A DNA stretch of 64,000 nt. It comes from a virus. Of the stretch, positions 9,450-18,878 are shown one piece after another. Within the stretch, counting starts at the first letter, position 1, and each line of letters starts with the position of its first letter. Position numbers and translations under genes: made by a program. The stretch spans positions 64,626 through 128,625 of IMG/VR virus record IMGVR_UViG_3300047994_000617. One strand, given 5' to 3'. Below the pieces are notes generated by a model. That model was not told the DNA's origin and ran no database searches. It saw only the letters and a list, made by a program, of their open reading frames with translations.

Positions 9450-10577
9450 TCAGAACGACGCACCTACGCCGGCGCCGAGCCTGCCGGCGGCGCCCCCGAA
9501 CCTGCGTGCCGTGACGTTGTTCCACTCGTTCGTGCCGCCCGCGAGCTTTGCGACCCCGACCACGTCCGTCGCCACGTCGACGTAGAACCGCCCGACGAGC
9601 GGAGCGTCAACGTGGACAGCCCCACCCCCACCGCCAAAGAGCACCGTTTGGTGCAGCGATGGAAACGCGGGCGTTCCCGCGGACTGCTGGGCCGCTCCCA
9701 GATCGGCGACGACGCAGCCGGCGAGCGAGACGGTCCACGCCCGATGGACGCATCCGGTGAGGCTCCCCGCGACGAGCGAGGTCGTGACGTTGACGGTGGG
9801 GCCTGGGCTTGGCAGTCCGATCCCTGGCTGCTGAGGATCCCAACGGAACCCTCCCATCAGCGACCATCCGCCCCGGCGCCACTCCTGCCGCTGCACCCCC
9901 CCTTCCAGGGCTACCCCGAAGAGCGCGCCCCACGTGCCCCCGAAGTCCGCCTGGGCCCCGACGACCACCCGCGGCACGAAACGGGGGCCCGCGAGCGCAC
10001 CTGGCGACGCGGCCGAGGCGACCACGGGCGCTGGCGGCGACGGCTTCGGCGACTCGGCGGGCGCCTGCGGCTCCACGGGCCGCGGCGACGGAGCGGGCGG
10101 AGCTGGCGCTGGGGGCGGAGCACCGGCTGGCTCGTGTGCGGGTCCCACGATGGGGATGAGCCAGGAGGCGACCCTGCGGCCTGCGCTCTCGACGACGCCC
10201 TGGCACGTCGGCTCAACGAGCTCGTCGCCGCCCATGCGCTTGCCGTTCTCGTCGTACATCGCAAGGGTGGCGACGAAGGCTGGCTTCCCCCGGTGGATCT
10301 TCACCGTGATGCGCCTCGGCGCGGTCGGGGTGAACGGATCGATGCCCGCGAAGCGCACGGCGACGAAGTGGTGGAAGTAGACTTCTTCTGGGCACGACGC
10401 GAGGCCCGCCGGGCGCTCGTACTCGAGCCGGGCTTCATCTGGCGGGGGGCCGTCTGCGAGCGCTGGCGAGGCCGCGAGCAGGAGCAGCAAGCCAAGCGCG
10501 ACGGCGCCGCCCGTCAGCCGGTGGGCGTCGACGTGATGCACGCGCCTCCGGGGGGTCTGACGGCCAAGGGTGAACAT
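9450..10577 (-). CDS. Secreted/outer-membrane protein of Polyangiaceae type
   Basis: Signal peptide (LLLLAASPALAD), CP..C N-terminal domain, Pro-rich linker and beta-strand C-terminus ending GVGASF. Confidence 0.6.
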   Translation of the reverse strand: MFTLGRQTPRRRVHHVDAHRLTGGAVALGLLLLLAASPALADGPPPDEARLEYERPAGLASCPEEVYFHHFVAVRFAGIDPFTPTAPRRITVKIHRGKPAFVATLAMYDENGKRMGGDELVEPTCQGVVESAGRRVASWLIPIVGPAHEPAGAPPPAPAPPAPSPRPVEPQAPAESPKPSPPAPVVASAASPGALAGPRFVPRVVVGAQADFGGTWGALFGVALEGGVQRQEWRRGGWSLMGGFRWDPQQPGIGLPSPGPTVNVTTSLVAGSLTGCVHRAWTVSLAGCVVADLGAAQQSAGTPAFPSLHQTVLFGGGGGAVHVDAPLVGRFYVDVATDVVGVAKLAGGTNEWNNVTARRFGGAAGRLGAGVGASF

Positions 10578-10951
10578 GCGCGCGTAGCCCCGCTCGACTG
10601 GTACAGGGAGGCGGTCCGGGATGCTACCAGCGCGAGCGCGAGGGGGACATCGTCGAGCGAGGGGTGAGGGCCTGCGCGAGGCCATGGACTTCGTCGGGTT
10701 CGTCGAAGACGACCACGAGCTGCCGATGACGGAAGAGGCCGACGGCGCCGACTGCGGCACCCGGGAGGAGTTGGAGAAGGACAGCGGTCCAGCCGCGGCC
10801 GAGGTCGACGGCGCGCCGGCCAGGGGCGGGGGCGAGGGGATCGTCAGGAGCCATGCCTCTACATCGACACGACCGGGGGAGGAGTTGCTTCGGCGCGGTC
10901 GATTTTCCCGCAGGAGGGGCTCCGGCTTGGTCTCGACGGCCGGGGCGAGGC

Positions 10952-12850
10952 TCAGGGGCCGACGGGAGAGCGGCGCGTCGCCTGGGCATGCGCGCGAGGC
11001 GTGAGCGGGCTGCGTGGGGCACGCGGCACGGGGCGATGCCCCAGCCGAGGCCCACGACGGCGCGGGCTCTCCGTCGCTGCCGGCGGCGAGACCGCTCCGT
11101 TGCCGGAGGAGGCGGGCGGCGCGGGCGGCGCACCGGGCACGGGAGGCGCCAGCGCGCGAGAGAGGAGGCGCTTGTAGCTCGCGGAGGCCCGTTGCCAGCG
11201 CTCAAGGGCTTCGTCGAGCTTCTCCCGCAAGGGATCGTCCTCGGGGAGCCCAGAGAGCGCCTCGCAGAGCGACATGGCGGAGCTCAGGGCCATGTTGAGG
11301 GAGGTGACGTCCTGCGGCGCCACGCGGGCGTCGGGGCCCTTGCCGACGAAGTCCATGAGGAGCTGCTCCGTCGCCTTCAGGAACATCGTCGCCCCCTCCA
11401 AGCGCTCGGCGGGCGCGGAGGCGTGAAGGACGCCGGGCATGACCGAGATCGCCTCGGTCAGCATGGCTGCGAGCTGGAGATAGTGCTCCACCGTGGGCCG
11501 GGCGGGAGGCGTGGACCCCAGGAGGGCCAGCCGGATCCGGGGATCGAGCGAGGAGCCCAGGAGGCGGAGGGCGGTCGTTACGTGGCGCTCGGCGGCGGCC
11601 GGTGCGGGTGGCAGCGCGGGGCGCCCCGTGGGCCTGGCGGCGACAGGGGCCCGCTGGGGACGAGCGGGCCTGGCCGGGGGCGGCTCCAACGCAGCCAGCG
11701 CGACCAGGGCCCGCTCGATGGTGTCGAGCCGCTGCTCTACCGCCACCGGGTGCCTGGGGACGTCCGCCGGTCCCGCCTCCGCTTCGGGCGTAGACGACGA
11801 AACCGGCAGCACCGGCTCGCCACGTCGGAGGTTCGGGAGAACCTTGTCCTGGAGGTAGTCTCGGAGGAGCACGCCGCGGGGCTTGCGCGTGAGAAGGAGA
11901 ACCCGGTCCTGACCCGCCTGGGTGAGGATCGTAAGATGGTTCACGTTTGCACGAACCAGATTCGTTCTGGTTCGTGCTGCGTTCGCCTTGAATTCGCGCA
12001 GATCGTTGCCCCTGAGCACCAAGAAGTGCTCGCCCTCGTGTACCTCGTTCGACCAGACCGACGTGAGTTGCTGCGCGATGACGCCGGCCTCGTAGTCGAG
12101 CGGTGCGTCCAGATCGCCGGCCACCATGACCATCTCGCCGCGGAAGGGGTGAAGGGGGATCGTGTGGCCGCCGAGGACGACCGCGTTGCCCTCGGTGTTC
12201 ATTGCGATCGGGGGCATCGCCGCAGTTTCGGGAGCCTGCGCCGCCCGCGCCGAGCTCCGCACGGGCTGCGGACCAAGACCAGCGAGGGCCGCGCGGATCA
12301 GATCGGCGAGCGGCTCGACGTTCACCCGCTCCCCGAGCGCCGCGATGGCGCGGTTGGCCTCCGCCGGGCGGTATCCCAGGCGGGTCAGCCCGCCGCGGAG
12401 CAGATCCGCGGGATCCGGCTCGCCGGAAGGAGTCCGTGTCGCGGGAGCGGAGACAGCCGTGGCAGTCGGCGTGGCCAGGGCTGCGGTCGGGAGGATGGGG
12501 GCGCGCGGATCGTGGACTTCCACCGGGCGCTCGGGGCGAGGCGGGGCCACCATCGGCTTCGGTTCCCCCGCAAACCGCATCCACTTCCGTCGACCAGGGA
12601 AGTGTCGGATGACCTGATGCTGCGCGTCCTTGGCGATGGCCTGGTACTCGCCGCCACCCCAGAGGGCCACGGCTTGATCCCAGGTCTGGATCTCGTCGAC
12701 GTCGAAGTCGCGGGGCGCGTACTCGGCAGGTGCGCCCGCCCGCCGCCGGCGGACGAAGCAGACGAAGCGGACCGCGAGGTCCGCGGGCACCGTCCGGGCG
12801 GGTGAGCCGGCAACTTTGGGCGGGCCGAAGCGCCTCTTGGGCGCGCTCAA
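10952..12850 (-). CDS. Antirepressor-like protein: RuvA C-terminal-like helical domain + ORF6N/Bro-like DNA-binding domain
   Basis: GLTRLGYRPAEANRAIAAL..LADLIRAAL (RuvA_C-like). FRGEMVMVAGDL..EGEHFLVLRGNDLREFK..LTILTQAG..LRDYLQDKVLPNLRRG. TTG start overlaps the upstream TGA. Confidence 0.55.
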   Translation of the reverse strand: MSAPKRRFGPPKVAGSPARTVPADLAVRFVCFVRRRRAGAPAEYAPRDFDVDEIQTWDQAVALWGGGEYQAIAKDAQHQVIRHFPGRRKWMRFAGEPKPMVAPPRPERPVEVHDPRAPILPTAALATPTATAVSAPATRTPSGEPDPADLLRGGLTRLGYRPAEANRAIAALGERVNVEPLADLIRAALAGLGPQPVRSSARAAQAPETAAMPPIAMNTEGNAVVLGGHTIPLHPFRGEMVMVAGDLDAPLDYEAGVIAQQLTSVWSNEVHEGEHFLVLRGNDLREFKANAARTRTNLVRANVNHLTILTQAGQDRVLLLTRKPRGVLLRDYLQDKVLPNLRRGEPVLPVSSSTPEAEAGPADVPRHPVAVEQRLDTIERALVALAALEPPPARPARPQRAPVAARPTGRPALPPAPAAAERHVTTALRLLGSSLDPRIRLALLGSTPPARPTVEHYLQLAAMLTEAISVMPGVLHASAPAERLEGATMFLKATEQLLMDFVGKGPDARVAPQDVTSLNMALSSAMSLCEALSGLPEDDPLREKLDEALERWQRASASYKRLLSRALAPPVPGAPPAPPASSGNGAVSPPAATESPRRRGPRLGHRPVPRAPRSPLTPRAHAQATRRSPVGP

Positions 12851-13551
12851 GCTGCCCTCCGAGCCGCGATCAGCGCGGCGAAGCGATCGAGCTGGTCCGC
12901 GCCGGCGTCGGCGATGGCCGCCTCGATCATCTCGGCATCCGCGGGCCAGCCCAGGAGGCAGCCCTCGCACGGCACGCGGTCCGGCTTCACCTTCGCCAGC
13001 GAGGTGACGGCGTGGCCGCAGCCGAGCCCGATCCGGTTCCTGGAGAGGTACGGCCGCGTCACCGCCACCATGGGAATGTCGATGCCCGCTGCGCTGGCGG
13101 AGGTCGCCATGGCCTCCCGCTGGGCCGCGCGGAGCAGGCACAGCGCGAAGGGAGGCAGCGGCTCGGCCCCCTGGTTGTCGTGGGCGGGGACGATCGGCCG
13201 GGGGCGGCCGGTCCCGCAGGACCAGAGCCCGAATCCCTGGGGGAGCCGGTCCTTCGACGGGACCACGCGCTGCCAGGGGCTCGACACCGCGATGTACCGA
13301 CGGGTCGCATACCGCGCGAAGGGCGCGCTCTTCTCCGGGCCCTCCCGGTCGAGGTCTTGGGTCGAGTCCTTGATCTCGATGAACTCGACCCTCGGCCCCA
13401 TCGAGGGCCACAGGGCGACGGCGATCACGTCGGCGACGCGCACGCCCTCGACGCGAGCGCCGGGGGCGCTCTGCACCTGCCGGAGGAAGGCCCAGCGGTC
13501 CGCGGGGTACTGCCGGCGGAGCCTCTCGGCGATGGTTGCCTCACGCGACAT
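12847..13551 (-). CDS. PD-(D/E)XK nuclease-like (MmcB-like) protein with C-terminal Cys/His cluster
   Basis: RVADVIAVALWPS..FIEIKDS..DL..E..PEKS; C-terminal GCGH..CEGC. Confidence 0.65.
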   Translation of the reverse strand: MSREATIAERLRRQYPADRWAFLRQVQSAPGARVEGVRVADVIAVALWPSMGPRVEFIEIKDSTQDLDREGPEKSAPFARYATRRYIAVSSPWQRVVPSKDRLPQGFGLWSCGTGRPRPIVPAHDNQGAEPLPPFALCLLRAAQREAMATSASAAGIDIPMVAVTRPYLSRNRIGLGCGHAVTSLAKVKPDRVPCEGCLLGWPADAEMIEAAIADAGADQLDRFAALIAARRAA

Positions 13552-14101
13552 GGCCAGCCTCCTTCCGGGGGAGCAGCGGGCAGCCCTCGGGCAGGGCCGG
13601 GGGCACGGCGCAGCGGTCCGGCGGCGGCGGGGCCCGGGGGTCGACGCGCTCGACCGCAGGCGGGGGCGGCAAGGAGGCCGGGCTCGCCCGGCGTGGCGCG
13701 TCGACCTCCCACTCGGCCTCGGCGTCGTCGAGCCGGTCGAGGATGGTGGTCGAGGCGTCGAGGTAGCCTCGGATGTTGAGCTCGAGGTGGCGAAGGTCCG
13801 CGGGGATCGCGGACGTGGGGGCCTCAAGCTCCTTCTGGAGGTCCACCAACCCGGTGCGGGCCATCTCCAGAGAGCGCCGCACGTCGGCGATCCCGGGGAC
13901 GTGGAGCCCGCCTGCAACGCCCGCCGCCGCGAAGACCTGGACGGCGGCCTCGCTGCCGTGCCGCAGGGCGTCCATGGCCTGGGCCTTGGGGGTCATCACG
14001 GAGTCGCGACGGAGCATGTCGTCGACGACGAGGTGGAGATCGTCCAGCGCGCGATGCGCGGCGACGATGCAGGAACGGATGGGATCGATGGCGGTTGTCA
14101 C
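13541..14101 (-). CDS. Hypothetical protein
   Basis: GTGA overlap with the upstream gene; AGGAGG near its end serves as the RBS for the next gene. Confidence 0.55.
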   Translation of the reverse strand: MTTAIDPIRSCIVAAHRALDDLHLVVDDMLRRDSVMTPKAQAMDALRHGSEAAVQVFAAAGVAGGLHVPGIADVRRSLEMARTGLVDLQKELEAPTSAIPADLRHLELNIRGYLDASTTILDRLDDAEAEWEVDAPRRASPASLPPPPAVERVDPRAPPPPDRCAVPPALPEGCPLLPRKEAGHVA

Positions 14102-14550
14102 GTTGCCCTCGCGGGCGCGGAAGCCTCGATCGCCGCGTCGAGCGCCGAGAGCACCTCGGCGTGGGTGCGCCCGGGCGCGTCGTGCCAGTCCATCGCGGCG
14201 AGGAAGCTCGCGCCCTGGCCCGCGCACCGCGCGAACAGCAGGAGCGCCTCATCCGTCCCCTGCTGGGTCCCCTTCGCCGCGCGGAGGGCGCCGTAGACGT
14301 CCCAGCAGACGGCAGCGTCGCTCCAGGCCGGGCAGCCGTGCCCGTTGGCATCGACCGCCTCGTGGTCGGCGTCGCCGTGCAGCCAGCGGGCCTCGTCGTC
14401 GAGCCGGGCGCGGGCGGAGCGGAGCAGGACGTGGGGGTCCCGAATCTTCAGCGGGATGGGCGGCGGGGGCTCGACGGGGAACGGAGCCGGGGCGCTCGGG
14501 TTGACGGACGGATCTCGGCGTACTACGGCGCGCGCAGCGCTGCTGTGCAT
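14098..14550 (-). CDS. DUF6197-like phage protein (copy 1)
   Basis: RWLHGD..CWDVYGAL..WHDAPGRTHAEVLSALDAAI; RBS GGAGG; paralog at 26338-26853. Confidence 0.65.
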   Translation of the reverse strand: MHSSAARAVVRRDPSVNPSAPAPFPVEPPPPIPLKIRDPHVLLRSARARLDDEARWLHGDADHEAVDANGHGCPAWSDAAVCWDVYGALRAAKGTQQGTDEALLLFARCAGQGASFLAAMDWHDAPGRTHAEVLSALDAAIEASAPARAT

Positions 14551-14653
14551 GGGAACCTCCATGTTCTCGGCGTTAGGGCTCCCCTCGCGGCTGCAATCCG
14601 CTTTGGGGGCCCGATCTACTGACGGACGAGCATGACCCTTTGCTCGACGAATT

Positions 14654-14678
14654 GCAAGAATTAAAATCGAATCCTTGC
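14654..14678. promoter_or_regulatory. AT-rich divergent promoter/operator, GCAAG-N15-CTTGC
   Basis: Inverted repeat in the AT-rich gap between divergent genes; equivalent site at 26949-26974. Confidence 0.5.
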
Positions 14679-14711
14679 TACGAAGCGGGTGCCCGGGTTA
14701 GGGTGCGCGCG

Positions 14712-14990
14712 ATGGCTGGCAAGGCAGGGAGAAGCGGGCGCCCAGCGGGGGCCACCGAGAAGAGGGCCTACCAGGTCCGCCTTGAGATCGTTGAAGCGGA
14801 TGCGTTCGACGTGCTCGTCCAGCGACGCGACGCCGAGGCGACGCAGGCAGGTGCGACAGCGAACGCGTCCCGTGTTCTGCGCGCGCTTGTCCGTAAGGCT
14901 CTGATCGAAGAGGGTCTGCTCCCAGAGTCAGGGTCGGGGCCGCTCGCCGAGCCCTCGCCGCCGAAGGGAAAGGCGAAGCGCCGACACTGA
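14712..14990 (+). CDS. Small ribbon-helix-helix-like regulator (copy 1)
   Basis: GRP..TEK..QVRL..E...ASRVLRALVRKAL; paralog at 27006-27296. Confidence 0.6.
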   Translation: MAGKAGRSGRPAGATEKRAYQVRLEIVEADAFDVLVQRRDAEATQAGATANASRVLRALVRKALIEEGLLPESGSGPLAEPSPPKGKAKRRH

Positions 14991-15066
14991 ACGCGCGCGG
15001 ATAGCGTTTCCGCTCGTCGCCCCGAGCCAGCCCGCACGGTGATAGGCTTCGCAGCCGGGAGGCAAC

Positions 15067-16665
15067 GTGGACCTTCAGCCCGGCCAAGAGATCGACCACT
15101 ACACCCTGATCGAGCTGCTCGGCGAGGGCGGCCAGGGGGCCGTCTGGAAGGTCCGGGACCCGCGCGGCGGAGGAGTCATACGCGCGCTCAAGCTGGTGTC
15201 GCTCGCCGATGCGGGGCCCGACGGCTTCGAGCGCGCGCGCCGCGAGGGGCGCATCCTGGCTGGCGCTGAGCATCCAGCGCTTGTGGCTTGTCACGGGCTC
15301 TTCGAGGATCTGCGCGGCGGCTTGCTCGGCTTGGTCATGGACTTCGTCGAGGGCTCATCGCTCGCCTCGGCGCTCGACGCACAGCGTCTCGATCGCGACC
15401 GCGCCGAGGCAGTGATCGAACAGATCGCGGAGGCGCTCGCGTACATCCACAACGCCGGCCTCGTGCATCGCGATCTGAAGCCCGAAAACGTGCTCCTTCC
15501 AGCGGCGTTCTGGGAGGACCCGCGCCGGCCCGGGGCCGTCAAGCTCATCGACTTCGGCATCGCCATGACCTCGAAGAGGAAGACCCGCGTGACCGCCGCG
15601 GGCCTGGTCATCGGCACCCCGCCGTATCTCGCCCCCGAACTCATGGTTGCCGGCTCTTGGGGACGCTCGGAGGGGCCCGCGCGCGACGTCTTCGCGTTCG
15701 GCGTCCTCGCCTACGTGCTCCGCTTCGGAGCCCACCCGTCGGGCCTCGGGCTGGACGCTCCCATGGTCGAGTACGCGCGTGCGTACCGGGCGGCGAGCTG
15801 GCCGCCGCCCGCCGCTGCCGGTACCTACTTGGTGGCCTGCTTGGCACTTCTTCCCGAGGATCGGCCCCGAGATGGGGCGGCGGTTCTCTCGCTTGTTCAC
15901 GGACTCGCTACCACGCCGGGGACGGTAACAAGACGCGAGGGGCCGCCCGGTGCCGATGCGCCGGTGCCCGCGCCGCCCGTTCGGTCCGGGAGTCGTCCCG
16001 GTACGGTCCTCGCGGAGCAGATCGCTGTCGAGCCGCTTCCTCCGGGTGCCTCGGGCACGGAGGGTCCGCCACGACCGAGGGTCCCGGTTGTGGGAGCCGC
16101 ACCGCCGTGGGCAAGGACGAGAGAACTGGCGGACGCGCCGCCGCCGGCGCTCGCCCCCCGTCGAGCGGTCCTGGTGGCCACCTTGGCTCTGGTGGTTCTC
16201 GCGCTCGCGTTCGGCGCCGTGGCCCGTTGGCCATCACGAGAGACAGACGAACCGGGCGCGCCGACCAGCGAGCCGTCCGCCGATCCCGTGCCGATGCAGC
16301 CCGAGTCCCCGCGCTCGGGCGCAGCGCTGTCGCGCACACGCCCACCACGCACATTGCCCAGCCATCAGCCTGCGGCGTGCGACAAGCGATGCAACGGGGC
16401 CTGCGTGCCGCTCGACGATCCGCGGTACGGGTGTAGCGGGCCCAATTGCGCGCCAACAGACGTGTCGAGCGACCCCCGAAACTGCGGCATGTGCGGCGTC
16501 GGGTGCACGCCGCTAGCAGACGGGGCGCCACCGACCTGCCAGAACGGTGCGTGCGACGCTCGGTGCTACCCCGGCTTTCACTCCGACAACCGACGGAGGT
16601 GCATCCCCGACGCGCCCCCGTCGCTCACGTCTCCGTCCGCGGCGCCAGCCGGGTCGGCGCCGTAA
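15067..16665 (+). CDS. Hanks-type Ser/Thr protein kinase with TM segment and Cys-rich extracellular domain
   Basis: LGEGGQGAV, ALK, HRDLKPENVL, DFG, GTPPYLAPE and DVFAFG; TM segment; SDPRNCGMCG repeat. Confidence 0.92.
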   Translation: MDLQPGQEIDHYTLIELLGEGGQGAVWKVRDPRGGGVIRALKLVSLADAGPDGFERARREGRILAGAEHPALVACHGLFEDLRGGLLGLVMDFVEGSSLASALDAQRLDRDRAEAVIEQIAEALAYIHNAGLVHRDLKPENVLLPAAFWEDPRRPGAVKLIDFGIAMTSKRKTRVTAAGLVIGTPPYLAPELMVAGSWGRSEGPARDVFAFGVLAYVLRFGAHPSGLGLDAPMVEYARAYRAASWPPPAAAGTYLVACLALLPEDRPRDGAAVLSLVHGLATTPGTVTRREGPPGADAPVPAPPVRSGSRPGTVLAEQIAVEPLPPGASGTEGPPRPRVPVVGAAPPWARTRELADAPPPALAPRRAVLVATLALVVLALAFGAVARWPSRETDEPGAPTSEPSADPVPMQPESPRSGAALSRTRPPRTLPSHQPAACDKRCNGACVPLDDPRYGCSGPNCAPTDVSSDPRNCGMCGVGCTPLADGAPPTCQNGACDARCYPGFHSDNRRRCIPDAPPSLTSPSAAPAGSAP

Positions 16666-16920
16666 GATCAGCTACTTCGCCAGCATCACGATCGCGCCGT
16701 CGTTCGCGGCCGTCCCGCCAACCGTGGCCTTTAAGGCTACGGTTGGTTCAGACGGGAAACGGTGAAGCTCGCCTCGCCCCGCCGCGCGCGTCCGTGCCAT
16801 CGAGCGGGCGGTAACAGGCGAGGCGGGCATGTCTCGCGCCGCCGCCGACGACGCGACGCCCGGCGTCGAGGGCGCGCGGTCCTCTCCCCTGGGCGCCACG
16901 CGCCCTGGCAGCCACGCACC

Positions 16921-16995
16921 ACTTATCAGGTCACGAGGCCGTAATAAGGCGAATCGGGTCACGCCGAAGAGGTTGGGGGGATCTTGTTGCCGCCC
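16921..16995 (+). promoter_or_regulatory. Conserved intergenic element, copy 1
   Basis: ACTTATCAGGTCACG..CCGTAATAAGGCGAATCGGGTCACGCCGA..CTTGTTGCCGC, nearly identical to 27376-27447. Confidence 0.7.
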
Positions 16996-17045
16996 GATGT
17001 TCCGGCGCAGGCTAGAGGCCCAACAGGCCCCACAGGAGAGCGCCC

Positions 17046-17465
17046 ATGCAGAGCCAGAGGATCCCCATTTCCGGTATCGCGACCACGACGACCAGTAGTG
17101 CAGCGGCGCGCAAGTTCGTCATGCCGCTCCCGTTCGACGGCTCATGGGCCATCAACGGGCAGATCATCGCCACCAACCCGGCCTCGGGCCGGCAGACTTG
17201 CGTCTACAACGTCACCGCATCGGGCAACTGCGTCGCCGGCGCCGTGACCGAGACCGATGGCGTGGGCCCCTCGGCCTGGCCGACCCAGCCGTCCCCGACC
17301 CCGCTGGCGGGCGCCTTGGTCACGGTGGTCTTCAACAACGGCTCTGCCGCCGCGCCCCCCGTGGCCCAGATCAACCCGACCGCCGAGATCGAGCTCACCG
17401 GGTCCAGCGTCGGCGCCCTCGACTGGAGCTGCGAGCTGACCGTCACGCTGACCACGGTACCCTGA
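17046..17465 (+). CDS. Hypothetical beta-rich protein (possibly virion-associated)
   Basis: RBS AGGAG; strong codon bias; follows the conserved element. Confidence 0.65.
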   Translation: MQSQRIPISGIATTTTSSAAARKFVMPLPFDGSWAINGQIIATNPASGRQTCVYNVTASGNCVAGAVTETDGVGPSAWPTQPSPTPLAGALVTVVFNNGSAAAPPVAQINPTAEIELTGSSVGALDWSCELTVTLTTVP

Positions 17466-17537
17466 TCGGGCGGGGGCTAGTTCGCCACCGTCCGGCCTCG
17501 GAAGCTCGGCCGTCGCGCGTCGCCGGCCCGCCGCACG

Positions 17538-18878
17538 CTACTTCGCCACCCGCACGAGGTTGCCGTCTCCCTGGTTGGCCCAATAGACCGCCGTCGCGTC
17601 GAGCGCGAGCGCGACCGGCTGGCCCTGCCCCGACGCGAGCACGGTGATGCTTCCCCCGCCGATAGGCGCCCGCGCGATCGTTCCGCCCGTCAGGTTCGTC
17701 CAGTACACGTTGCTGTTGTCGACGGCGATGCCGTTGGGGCCATCCTGCCCGAACGCGAGCATCATGGGCGTTCCACCACCGATCGGAGCCTTCATCACGG
17801 TCCCGTCGCCGCTGTTCGTCCAGTACACGCTCAGCGCGTCGACCACGACCCCAGCCGGCATGTTCTGGTCCGTTGCGATGGGGGTTGGTCCGCCCACGCC
17901 GAGCTGGGTCGGGATCTTGGTAACCGTCCCAGCCGTGGCCAAGTAGGTCCAGTAGATGCTTGTGGCGTCGATTACCATGGCGGAGGGCATCGGCGCCGAG
18001 CTGAGCTGCGCCCGTGGACCGCCACCGATAGGTGCGCTGAAAATTCCAACACCAGCCGTCCAATAGACGCTGGTTCCGTCGACCGCCACGGCCAGGGGCG
18101 CGTTCTCGCCGGAGGCCAGCGGTACCGACGTCCCCCCTCCCTTCGGCACGCTCATCACGGAGCCGTTGTTGGAACCCGCGCTCCCGCCGTTCGCCCAGTA
18201 GACGCTCGTGGCGTCGACGACGATGCCCGCAGGGTTGATCTGCCCGCTCGCGATGGTCGCGGGCGTTCCACCGCCCTTGGCCACGCTCCTCACCGTCCCG
18301 TCGGCCTTGGCGGTCCAGTAGACGTTGGTCGCGTCGACCGCGATCCCGGCCGGGCTCCCCTCGCCCGGGACGAGCAGTACCGGCAGACACATCGACCCAG
18401 CGCACCCTGCCCCCAGGCACCCGTGCCCACAGGCCCCGCAGTTGTCGGGGTCCGTCGCGAGATCCTTGCAGACCCCCGAGCACGAGGTCTCCGTCCCGCA
18501 CCCTCCGCTCGAGCTGGTCGAGGACGAGCTGCTCGACGAGGCCCCCGAGGACGTCGAGCTGGAGGAAGAGGTCATCCCCGAGGACGTCGAGCTGGAGGAA
18601 GAGGTCATCCCCGAGGACGTCGAGCTGGAGGAAGAGGTCATCCCCGAGGACGTCGAGCTGGAGGAGCTGCTGGTCATCCCGGTGGAGGACGTGGACGAGC
18701 TCGCCGAGGTGGACCCGGTGCTCCCCGTCGAGCTGGAGCTGGCGGTGGTCGTAGTGGTCGTGCCTGCCCCCGTGCCGGACGCCAAGGGCCAATCCTCGAA
18801 CGAAACGGCGCAGGCCCCCAACCCCGCCACCATCGCCAAGAACCCTAGGAACGCCCACCTGTAGCTGTAGATCATCAT
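17538..18878 (-). CDS. Lipoprotein with Ser-rich linker, Cys-rich repeat and YW(T/A) beta-propeller
   Basis: Lipobox LGAC; DLATDPDNCGACGHGC; about six IAVD..VYWT blades. Confidence 0.85.
   Translation of the reverse strand: MMIYSYRWAFLGFLAMVAGLGACAVSFEDWPLASGTGAGTTTTTTASSSSTGSTGSTSASSSTSSTGMTSSSSSSTSSGMTSSSSSTSSGMTSSSSSTSSGMTSSSSSTSSGASSSSSSSTSSSGGCGTETSCSGVCKDLATDPDNCGACGHGCLGAGCAGSMCLPVLLVPGEGSPAGIAVDATNVYWTAKADGTVRSVAKGGGTPATIASGQINPAGIVVDATSVYWANGGSAGSNNGSVMSVPKGGGTSVPLASGENAPLAVAVDGTSVYWTAGVGIFSAPIGGGPRAQLSSAPMPSAMVIDATSIYWTYLATAGTVTKIPTQLGVGGPTPIATDQNMPAGVVVDALSVYWTNSGDGTVMKAPIGGGTPMMLAFGQDGPNGIAVDNSNVYWTNLTGGTIARAPIGGGSITVLASGQGQPVALALDATAVYWANQGDGNLVRVAK
18545..18665 (-). repeat. 30-bp tandem repeat encoding SSSSSTSSGMT-type linker
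   Basis: CCCGAGGACGTCGAGCTGGAGGAAGAGGTCATC-like unit repeated about 4 times. Confidence 0.85.

Noticed and set aside
12280-12410. ruvA gene
   Set aside because: Only a RuvA C-terminal-like helical fragment inside an antirepressor-like ORF; no OB or HhH domains and no ruvB.
16672-16962. ORF beginning MTRFALLR (and VTRFALLR near 27400) resembling the GFALL tag
   Set aside because: It is only the reverse-strand translation of the conserved intergenic DNA element; it lacks the Gly and coding support.
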